A DNA stretch of 64,000 nt. It comes from Phoronis australis. Its lineage: Eukaryota; Animalia; Phoronida. The notes under the pieces were generated by a model. It had not been told where the DNA came from and made no database searches. It saw only the letters and a list, made by a program, of their open reading frames with translations. Location: the NCBI GenBank assembly GCA_002633005.1, contig NMRA01000019.1, positions 1,287,282 to 1,351,281 of the forward strand. The letters are read 5' to 3'. The position numbers and the translations under genes are program-made. Below are positions 42,401-54,400 of this stretch, piece by piece; within the stretch, counting starts at the first letter, position 1; each line of letters opens with the position of its first letter.

Positions 42401-45400
42401 ACCATAAATGCCAGAATGAAGTTAATCAGTCGTGTAAGATATTAGCTTCAGGGGTTATCTTCCCAACTTGTTGCTGGGCTATAGAATCGAACAAGTTGGG
42501 AGCAACGGGAAAACGCAGTAATGATACAAATGATACAAAACACTGAGTCGTCCAATAACTCAAGGTTCACATAATAGTAATAATAACACCAAACACTGAG
42601 TCGCTCAATGACTCAAGGTTCTCACCATAGTAATAATACTAAACATTTAGTCGCTCAAAGACTCAAGGCTCTCATCATAGTAATGATTCCAAACAATGAG
42701 TCGTCCAGTGACTCAAGGTTCTCAATATAGTAATAATATCAAACACCGAGTCCCCCAATGACTCAGTTCTCATCATAGTAATGAATCCAAACACTGAGTC
42801 ATCCAGTGACTCAAGGTTCTCATCACAATAATGCTACTGAACTTCATCACCATAATGCCACTAAACAGTAACAGTGAGTATTAAAAGACTGAGTTACCTT
42901 GAATAAGACCTCCCAAGGTCGATACGAACTTTCATGTTCCATGACCGGCTCAATGAGAGGCTGCCAGACGTCCAACTTCTCGTTGTACACATTCATCTGC
43001 AGGTGGAGCTCCAGATGAACTTGCAGCTGAAACAAAAATAAATCAATTTTAAGGCATTGGCAAATGTGCACTAAAATGACAAATCAAGGTTATGTAAGAC
43101 CATAGACAATGGCAAAATTTGGCCAATTTCAGAAAATCATATCTCACAACTGGACATTCAGATTCAAATGAAACTTTCAGATAAGTATGGGTTATGCGCT
43201 GTTCTCCAAAAAAAATATCACAAGGAGCTATCAGAAAACAGGACATCTATGATTTTCAGGAAAAAATGAAGTTACATTATGACAAAAATGAAATTATGAT
43301 TTAGAAAACTGTGACAGCATTTTTGAGATTTTATATTGGACATTTTCGTCAAACATCAAACATCAAACGAAGTTTGGTTGTATCATTCATATTAGTTAAT
43401 TGGCAAAATTTTACTAAAATGTCATAGTCACGAGACCCGAGTGGTTTGAGAATGATTACGGGTTAGCATGAAAGATGGTCAACTTTGACACTAATGGTCA
43501 ACCAAACCTTACCTGCTTGGACCAGTCATGAATTTTGCCCTCCAGTGATGTCTGCAGTGACACCATGGGAACATTATTGTCAAGAGTCTCCAGTTCAAAT
43601 ATGACAATAATTTCAGGAATGTTGACACTCAAGGTCTCACATGCAGGCTCTGTCTTCTTCCATGATACTTTAGAAGGTACATCCTCTGCAACAGAGTAAA
43701 ATGAATATATGGAATGTAACAGGAACATTGAAATTAAAAGAATAAATTCAATAATCATTGATGTTAGCCCAATCCACTTTTCTAATTTTGAATGAACATC
43801 ATGCATTGATCAGAGAAATGCCATGACTTTGTTTTTAAAATAAAATATAAATGCGAGCATACAATTATCTATAGCAAATCAATGTGTGTCTCAAAAAACT
43901 CTTAAACCAGTCTAGAAAAGGAAAATTGAACAATGACATTGCATACAGCTTGTAATTTATACCAGAATCAACAGATAATCTTAGTAATACAGTTACATCT
44001 TTTGCATCCATTTCTAAAGAAATCAGTGCATTTTTACCCCCACAGCCCCACGACAGCAGCATATCACCAATCCCTCCTATGCTCAAGGCTGATCTACAGT
44101 TAGAATTCCCTAGACTTGAGTAAGTGTGACCTTATCAGGTGATAAACACACAGGTAAACAACTCACACTTAATTTACAAATTTAAAACTTTAGGCTGAAC
44201 AGTTTGAGAACATGACCTTCATTATCTATTTCAGCAAGCAAAATCAACAGCTGGGTATTAAACTTTTAAGAATCGGTTACCTAAATTGGAATCACAGCTT
44301 TAGAAAGCCTTTAACTTGCTGACTGCTGATTACATTTCCACTTCCTTAGTACACCATGAAAAACGTACAAACAAAACCATCAGCACATATACAAGAATGA
44401 AATGGTGCAATATATTTTAGTGATATTTGGTGTTCTAAACTGTTGAAAACAAAGCAAAGTATAAGATAGTAAACAAATCTGTTCCACAAAACAAACAGGC
44501 TTTACCTGCATCTTTTTTCCATTTTGCATCCCCTGACATCTCCTTTACATGCCAAAAGCTAGGGTCCGCTTCTTTCTTAGGCGAGTGACAACCATCAGTA
44601 GCAGCAGACGTCTGCAAAGACAAGAATAGCACATCACTACAACTATTGCTGTGTATTACCACGAGAGTAAATAGTGAAATGTTATTAATTTCATGGAATC
44701 CTATGGCCTTGTGTGTGTTCAAAAAGTTGCAAAACAATGAGAATTTACAAGCTTTATAAAAATTTTAATAGCAATGCTGACTAATGCTGGCACAAAGAGT
44801 CTCAACACATGCCCTTCCACTAAGTTATGACCAACTAAAAGGCAGCAATTTGAGACGATAAGCTCAATAATCGTAGTCTTCCACCTATTAACTATATACC
44901 AACTACTGCCTTACAAGAGACCCCATACTCCTAACCATTGCAATATACTGACCTCTTTTGTCTTTAGGATTGTGAAACAGCTGGCACAAAACCTCTTGGA
45001 ACCATTTGCCAGAACCACATCGATACAGTGCATGATACTTGCACGTCAGAGGCATTATTGAATCAAACCCACTACGCACACTAACTGTTGAACGTTATCA
45101 GTACACCTTGCAAACTCACACTGCTGTCTAGTTGAATCACATCCACAATATCCAGCACCATGTGAACTATGGCGGGAGAAATGTGAAATTTTAGTTTCTC
45201 TACTGCTGCGTCCATGACAACCTCGCCTCCAACTGATGCGATGCGCTGATTGAAGGCCACATTACATGGGAAAAGCACCTGCAAAGGAATTCAGTTATTC
45301 TGTTAGCATGCAACATTAATTTTATAACTAAGCAGCTCATGAATGAGGAGACAGTGTGGCTCAGTGGTTTGTTCTCCAGACTCCCGCTTGGGAGAGCCGG

Positions 45401-48400
45401 GTTCAAATCCTGGCTTAACTGACAGACAATCGTGCATTGCACAAAAGTGTCTCCTTCTACACTGAGCCCGGTCTTACTCGTGAGTGAATGAATATTTGCA
45501 AGGGAATGAATGAGAACCACTTCGGAAAAGTCGATTTCGAGTGTGAAGGATAAAGAGAAAGAAAAAATGGCTTACTGAATCTGTAACACAGGTGACAGAA
45601 TGTGCCANGAATACTGTCATGTCACTCTCTAACAGACTAACCTTACTATGGAATACTGTCATGTCACTCTCAAACACACTAACCTTCAGCACTAAGACTT
45701 TACTGTTGGGTACAGAAGGATCAGCGAACAAAACCACCTCTGGCTCTTTGAATTCCACATTAACAGTGAGCTTGGTCAGGGGTTCACTGTCAGGGGTGAC
45801 TGCAGCGGGAGGTAACTCTAAATACGGGAGATAACAGGTTTATTAGTAGATGTGAATTAATTGGATTAACAATATCGCTAATTCTTTTGAAAATGAAACC
45901 TCAGATCACATTACTACTGATGCAAACATCGTTCAGATAAAGAAACTTTTACAAAAGTATTGCTTTACAGCAAATCATTACAAATATCTTCAGTTTAGTT
46001 TCAACTCCATAGGGGATGCGTATTCCACATGCAAATACCAATCTGGGACCCATTCCAAAAAAACTGACTTAGCTAAGACAAATCTCAAAGTTAAGTCAGT
46101 TTTAAGATAAAACTATCACTTATAAGTTAATAATTCGCTCAGACTTAAAAAGTAAAATCTTTAGACAGATCTTAAGTTTAAGACCACAAAAGAACTTCAG
46201 TCGCTTTCTCAGAAGGGTCACCTGACCTGTTGTTCAGTGCTCCAAGCATTCTTTAATTTCAGCATCACACAATCTAATACACAGACCAGCTATCTACCGC
46301 ACATCAAAAAGTTGAAGTCATTGCTGATGCAGTAACTGCTCTAGACAAAATTTAACGCAAAATGTTCCTGATAGAATCTCAAGGGTTACAGGGACTATAA
46401 ACTTTTATCAGCGATTTCAATAGTTTATTACCCATTCGGGATGTAGGGGCAATAAACATGGTAATTACGCCTGGTCTGGTAATGGAACTTAAAGCCATCA
46501 GGTAATGTGTATAGGCGTGAAATCGCATGTTACGGGTTTGTGGTTTTCTCAGGAATTTCTACCGACCCGAAAATGAGGCAAGGTTTTTCGGGTCCATCTA
46601 TCACGACCAAAACGCGATATGGGAACTGAGATCAGCCACGAGATTAATTTGGAAGCAGCCTTTCCCGAGGACCCACAACAATGTGATTAATAATTTTTAA
46701 TGATATTCACTTGAGCTCTCCGGATCTTTGATGTTCCTTTGTAGCACAACAATGAAGCAGACGGCCAAGGGACATAAAAAAATAAAGATTAAAACCACAG
46801 CTATATTTCGAGACTTCTTGTCTCATTATCATGCTCAAACTAAATGACAAAGGATTAAGTTTTCTTCATGAAGTTTCAAACAATTTTTACGTCATCATCT
46901 CTTACTTACCAGGTGACCTTGTAATTTTTGAGATGTTTTTGCTGGTCGATACGGCATCCATGATGAACTTGTAGAGCCACAGGAAGTAAGGTACACAGAG
47001 GTTGAGACGAATCTTCTCTACACTGGCATTTACTGAAGCAATGCAACAAGACTTAAAACACGACAGATCTACCTTTAAGTTATGAAATCTGTTGATACAT
47101 GTTTGGATGGGGTGACAAACACAGAAACAATAACAACATAGAAAACCAATCATTGTAATGCATTTTTGTCTGTGTTATTTCATATGACAACCGGAATTTC
47201 TTAAGAGCCCTCACCAGGAAAGAGCCTCAGTGGAAACAAGGTTTGAAAATGACCGCACCTGGGCTCTTTGGGAAATGTTGTTTGGTGCTCAGATGAAAAT
47301 GTGGTAAAGATGACAATTCTTTGTTCCTTTATGGAATCATTGATAATGTGCAGTCTTCAAATTTATCATAGCAGTCAAGCTTCCAAGAGATTGCAATCTC
47401 ATTTTTACAAAGTACTTTTAAAAGGGCTGCAGCCGACAATACAAGCTGACAAGAGAGCACCACATCTATGTGTAAATTAAAATCAAAAGCTACAGCGATT
47501 TTAGATAAAACTGGACTGACTTGCTACTTTGGATAAAATTGGCCCAAGCTAGTCTACCAATCAGTACCAAAACTTACTCATAAACAAGCGAAAACATTAT
47601 TTTCAATATGAATTTTTGGCTGGTGTGATTAACAGAGTGGCCACCAATTTATCTGACCATGCAAAGCTCTAACACATATGACGTTACTATGCCCATAACT
47701 ATAGAAGGAATAAGCCTAATGGTTTGAAAGAAGAAGCCCTCCTGGGGTCAAGACCACCAAGCTTTATACAAAAGTCAAATCGAAAATTGACTAAACACAT
47801 TGCATGAAAGGTGAAAGTTTAGTTGAAGTGTGACGAACAACTGGCCAGTTTTCGAGACTAGTATCCAGATAGGAGCAGTGGTCTATCAGCTTAAAATGGA
47901 CTTAGCTTATGAAGAGCAACGTGTAATTGCAAACACAACTGACCAATAAATCAACTCACTTGTCTGATTTCCCTGTGAACTTTGACTGAAATGAAAGTCG
48001 ATGACTCGTGACACCTTGCCGTCTGTACGATCCTTTTGTAAGTCTACAGCAGTTTGAATTAATCTGGAAAATGAATCGAGTCTAAACAGCAGTTCTTTCT
48101 TACGTGTACCTAGATTGTGGTATAACATTTATACTTGCTACTATTCTTAGAAGAATCCAGGAACTGAGAAGGAAACGAGATGAAAAAAAATCATAGAGCT
48201 TAGCAGCTAGAAAGGTGGGTGCCAGAGCAGTATCTGGGTTGATGTGAAACTTATCATCAGCTTCATAGGAGCACATCTGCCACATCTCATTAAGAACCTG
48301 AAAGGAGTTTGGAGCACACAGCAGCAGACGTCAGATTCCAGACAGAGATGACAGTAATATGCACCCACACAAACTGCATGAAAATAATAATAAAATATAA

Positions 48401-51400
48401 TTGAGTTGGCAATGAAGACCTACCATATTCCTAGAGAACTTCAAGAACTCATCACAAGTTATTTCCATGGGACTCACATGAGGTCCTAAGTCAATGACTT
48501 CACTACTGATTGGCAGCCGGTAGAGAAGGGGATAATGACAGAGAGTACCATCTCCATCATCATTTTCATCATGGCTATGAATGTTATCATCAAGTGGACT
48601 GGTAAGGTGTAACATTGATTTTCGAAGAGTTCAAGGTACTTAAGTGCAGAACAATATTGACTCTACTTAACTTGAAAGATGAGATGAACAGAGAAAGCGA
48701 CTTATCGGTAGATTGTGGAAAGCCCCTGCAGCAGAAGAGGCAGAGAGTAGGTTGAGACACAAAGACATTGTGGGTACAGCCTGCCATAGAAGACAGGGAT
48801 TGGGAATGGTTCCAGGGATGAGGTGGAAGTCGTCAACAAGGAAAGACAGGCCCAAGATGGTACTAGACGAATTAAGATCCCAGGAGAATGAGAGATATGC
48901 TGTAGCAGTTGGAATGAGGAAACAGTGTATGGACACCATGGCAAGGAGTGTACTAATGAAGGATAAATGGTGAAGACCTTCTGTCTTTAGACCAGTTCAG
49001 ACTGGCGTTTTCTTCTTGGCTCCATATACGACACTCTTCGAACGGGGGGCATGACCAAGAATGATGGCTGCAGGCGCTGTGGCAAGCGCTGTACATTAGA
49101 ATACGTTTTATCCAGCTACAAGGAAGCTTTCGCTTCGGGAAAGTACACCTGGCGCCATGACAAGAGTGTGAAGTGTATTGCACATTTTAGATCTAGAGAG
49201 AAGGAAGAAGGCGTCTCACTCCGACAGGGGATTCATCCAGTTCTATGAAAGGCAAAAGATCAACCAGCAAATGTGACTCTGGTGTTCTGGGCATAGCGGC
49301 TGACTGGAAGATTGAGGTGGATGTAGTCACGAGGTGTTCATTCCCAAGTCATATAGTAGTCACCCAGTTGAGACCAGACATAAAGTTGCAGTCAGACGGC
49401 AAGAAGATAGTGATTTCGATTTAGTAAACTGTGCCCTGGGAGACTAGGGTGCATGAGGCTCACGAGAGGGAACTTCTCAAGTATGAAGAGCTGTCGCAGG
49501 AATGTGCAGCGTATGGTTGGAAGTGTTTCTGTCTTCCTGTTGAAGTTGGATGCCGAGTTTATTGCAAGCAGCATGTGGCGGATGACGAAGCTAGTGGGCA
49601 TTTCACCTAGAGTGGAGCTGACATGTTTAAGTCTACAGTAAGAGCAGTGGTTGAAGCTACCGTGAGGCTGTGGTTACCACGAGACAAGAAATTTGAGAAT
49701 GGTCTTGCAAAGTTATTTCCTTGAGCAAGACATGAAAACCAAATATTTGTCCTCAGAAAAACTGTCCCTACCCCCATCACCTGAAGACCTACCTTTTAAT
49801 AGCCAGTTTACTATTGCTCCTAACGTCGTCAAGGTGCACCGTTTCCAAGGTGACGTGAATGTTCATCTCACTCCCTGTAGTCATGCCTGCATCCAGACCT
49901 AAGGACTTGATGGTGAACATCGACACTGGCTGGTAGGACTCTTCATCAACTGACATCTAGAACGGAATGAGTGGACAGAATTTATCATTTTACTAAGTTA
50001 TACAAATCAAAGATTATTAAAAATTCACAGGAGAAAAGTTTTACATGAGTGTGAGTACACAGATCAATTTAGAATTACCAATATCCCACTTGAGAGTTTT
50101 GGAAAGTGCTCATTAGAGACAACAGGTAAATTATGATTATAAATACTGGTCTTTCACACTGGATAATTAATAGCAACACATCTACTGTGGAATCAACGTG
50201 ACATTTGTTTAATATAAGTTCACTTAACAGTGAATAAATTGATAAGATGTTTATTTTATTGCTGTACATTTCAGCATGACATTTTCAAAGGTACCTTCAC
50301 AGTTGATGCTCATAATCTTGAAAGTTTTAACACTTTAAAGAATACTGAAGCCCTTTTATAACACCATTTAATCAATGGTTGTGATCAAGTGTATATTTTG
50401 ACCGGGTGTACACCTTACCTGTCAACATGGAACTTTAATCTGTCACAGCATGAATCTTTACAAACGTCAAGGCTGTTACAGATTTGATAAGAAAATGTCA
50501 TTTTTAACAAATGTGTTAATCACTACAGGTAGATTTATATAACAAGAACAACGCACAGTGTTGAAATGCGCCCACAAATAATGGTCATTGAATGGTGCAA
50601 AAAAAGTCCAATCCATCTGAAAACAGGAACATGTCATCGCTTCTTTAATACAAAGGTATTTTCCAAATTTCATAAAAATCTACCAAGGAACTTCAGAGAA
50701 TCAAAGTAAAACAGAAAAATGAAATTGCCACTAAGGGCCACAGCATTCGTTGGATGCGCCTGAAATATGTCATTGTCTATTGTTAGTTCCACATAAATAC
50801 CATACAAAATTTCATAAAGATCCAGTAGTGGGTTAAGGAGATGCAGCTACGGGCGCAAAACAAAACAAAGCTACCACTAGGTGGTGCCACAGTAGTCGAA
50901 GTCGTCACTGTTAACCGTCCTCTTCAGACTGAGAACATATACGTCAATTTTCAACATCATTCGTCGAATGGTTTGGGCTGAACACCAAAAAACAGACTCG
51001 AAAACAGTAAAAATGGCCACTAGGTGGCGCAAAGTACCTTGATTCCATTCAAAAATGGCATGATAGCATCATCTTACCAATAAATGCATTTATACCAAAT
51101 TTTATGAGAATCTGTTGAGGACCTTTGAAGATACAGATGTAAAAAACTAAAATTGCCACAAGGGGATACACCCGTAGTCAGATCCGTCTGAAAGTTGTAG
51201 TCGTCCGTTGTCAACATCAAATAAAAACACTTGCTAAATTTAGTAAAGGTCCTGCAAACAGTTTAAGAGATACAGCCATGGGCACAAAAGAAAACAAAAA
51301 CTGCCACAAGGAGGCGCCACAGAATCCAAAATCGTAGGAAAATCATCATCAGCCGTCCTCTTCAAAGTAAAAACATACATGCCAATTTTCATTATCATCC

Positions 51401-54400
51401 TTAAAGCGGTTTGGTTGATTGGAGGGCGGACACCAAAAAACATACTCGAAAACAGTAAAAAGGGCCACTAGGTGGCACAAACTATGTCGAATCCCATCGA
51501 AAATGGGAGGATAGCGTCATATCAATAACAGTTGCCTATATGCCAAATTTTATGAAAATACTTTGAGGACCTTTGAAGATACAAAGGTAAACGTAAAAAA
51601 AATAAAATTGCAACTAGGGGGCACACAGGTGGTCGGACCCGTTAGAAAGTTTGCTCATTTTGTCCCATCCATGATAGGAATACATGTGCAAAATTTCATG
51701 AACATACGTCAAAGGATTTTGGAGATAGAGCAACAGACGCCGGACGGACGGACAGGCAGACAGAGATGACGGCATAATGCGTCCACATATAAATATGTGG
51801 GCGCATAAAAATAATTAAGAACAGTCCTAGTTACTGAAGAATGATAAGTACACATTTCAGACAGGCTCTCACCAGATCTTCACCAGACATCTTATTCACG
51901 TCCAACAGGGTGAGCTGTATACCATGTGCCACAAACTTGACCGACACTAACATTCCTCCCCTCTCCTCGCTCTCCTGTTCTGAGATCATTGGGCTCACTG
52001 CCTCGTGACTGGACTCCGAGTGGATTGTACGTGAACTACTCAGGGGCACTACGTTGACAGCAGTGACAGTGCCCTCTGGTGGTCTGAAGTTCTCTGCAAT
52101 GATGGCTAGTATCAGCTGGATGTCTTCCTTACTGATAGACACCTGTAGACAGAAAACTATACCATAATGACAACTTCCAGCTGGATGTCTTCCTTACTGA
52201 TAGACACCTGTAGACAGAAAATTATACCATAATGACAACTTCCTTGAAAAGAGCTTAATACGTACAAATACAATGATCATTGATATGAGCCTAAACAAAT
52301 GTTTAGAGAGAACAGGATAAAACATGCTTGCATAATGATATCCATGCATGTTCATTCTTGAATATGACACAGGTTTGGGTAAAGAGAAACGAATATATCA
52401 GGACTGCAGTCAATTTGTGTATTCCGCCTTTCCAAACAATAATAACCACACAACTGCTCATTACAGGTTAACAATGACATCCGTATATCAATAGCTAATG
52501 TGCCAAAAGTTGTCTGAATGGAACCTACATATAACACCACTAACAGGCAGCGGGCTGTGCCACCACAAATGTAAAACAAACTGAATGCTACAGCACAGAC
52601 TAATCATTTCTGTGGTACAAGACATAAACTCTTCACTGTTCTGTAGTAACCTCTCCGATCCCCACTGGTGTTACATCCCAGAAACAAATATACACTTCGA
52701 CAGTTTTCATTCTGCGAGACACCTCATACTGAACACAGCTCTTTATTGCTATCAGGGCTCTCTCATGAGTTCTACTCACAAACCAATATATACCTTGATA
52801 ATCTCCATCCTACCAGACACCTCATACTGAACACTGTCCTCTACTGTTCCTGTCAGTAATCTCTTCAAATTCACACCCAGTTTAATAGGCTCCACCACTG
52901 TCTGTTGTACAATGTAACTATCCTCCTTACTATTTGCACCAGACGTCTTTAAAGCTCTAGAAAGAATGAAGGCAATGGGTATGTTGATGATACATAAATA
53001 CTTCTAAATAACAAAAACATAAAGACTGCGGACTCTTTGAAGATACTTCGCGGCCAGAATTAATGTAAAACTAGACATTCTAAAGGATATGCCAACGAAG
53101 AAGAGGTCATTTTGTTATCATAAAAGAGTGGGAATAGGAATAGAAAATAGCAGCCAGGGGACTTTTTGTATTGGCACTCTCTAGAGTAAAGAGAGCAAGA
53201 AAGCGATTTCTGCTTGGTGACTCAGATTTGGTGGACAGAAATTCACTACAACATAGTGGTTCATTAATTTAAGAACAGAGGACACAGCCACTGACTATGC
53301 AGCCGCGGGGTCTTCTTCGCAGTGCAAAATGTATTGCACATGATGTCCTTCATCCATAGATACTGCAAGATGTTTGACTTTTCCATAAGCCATTAGTACA
53401 CACCACCACACATCAGTGAAAATTTGAAAGCATCATGATAGCAGGGAAGGTGACTGTTAAAATGGTGTTAATAATACTATGTTGCAGTACATGGGACCTG
53501 TAGGTGGCACTGAACGCCTGTCCACCATGCCGTCGCATAGTAAATTTCAATATGGCATGCCTATTTTGAAGTCTAACTATTCATCAGCGTGGCAGCAATT
53601 GTTTTTTTAATGCCAGGTAGCTTCTACGGTAGGCATTACTTATGATTTTATTAGCATCACATTTCAAACCCCTCTCAACAATACAAATGGATTATCTTTC
53701 TCAACCATGTTTGCAGTCATACAACAAAACAACACAAGTCATGCAATTATCAGGATTATACACACCTCAATATTTTTACGGACTCCATATTCAAATACAT
53801 CACATCTCTCAACTGTTTGACGCCATTCGTCTCTGATGGTACAAAATCATTCATCAGCGTTAAATAACCCAGCTGGGCAACCATAAGGTTACGTGATTTG
53901 TGGCTTTGTGGAATGAGGACAGTTGGTGCTCGTATGTTGATACTGAGCTTGCCTAGCGTCTTGTTCTGATCCATGTCACGTACGCCACGCACAACAGCAT
54001 CATTGGCCGCATGGTATGCCGTTTCCGTCATTGTGGGATGGACAAAGGGTTCCACAAACGCCTGTAGTGATTGCATAAGACTGCAGAACTATCAACTTAC
54101 ATTTAACTTCAAAGGACAATTGGCAAACAAACAAGCTAGTAGTTTTTCAACTAATTCTTATTTGAATTTTAAGATATTTTTACAAAATAAAAACAGTAAA
54201 ATATATAAATTTCAGCAAAGCTTACTAGTATGTAACTAGCTGATCTTATTAGAAAATTGTAAAACATATTTTTGGCGTAATGTCTTGATACATTACAAAC
54301 TTTTCAGTCTCTGAGAACACTAATCAGAAAATGGCGGTCAGACTTAAATGATAACTATCTAATAAAGAAATGGCGGTCAGACTTAAATGATAACTATCTA

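Noticed and set aside
42538-42832. Hairpin-containing 50-bp array as a CRISPR array
   Set aside because: The intervening parts are themselves repeated, so there are no unique spacers.
45345-45420. Functional tRNA gene
   Set aside because: A and B boxes are present but acceptor-stem pairing is poor and a long non-tRNA body follows; SINE fits better.
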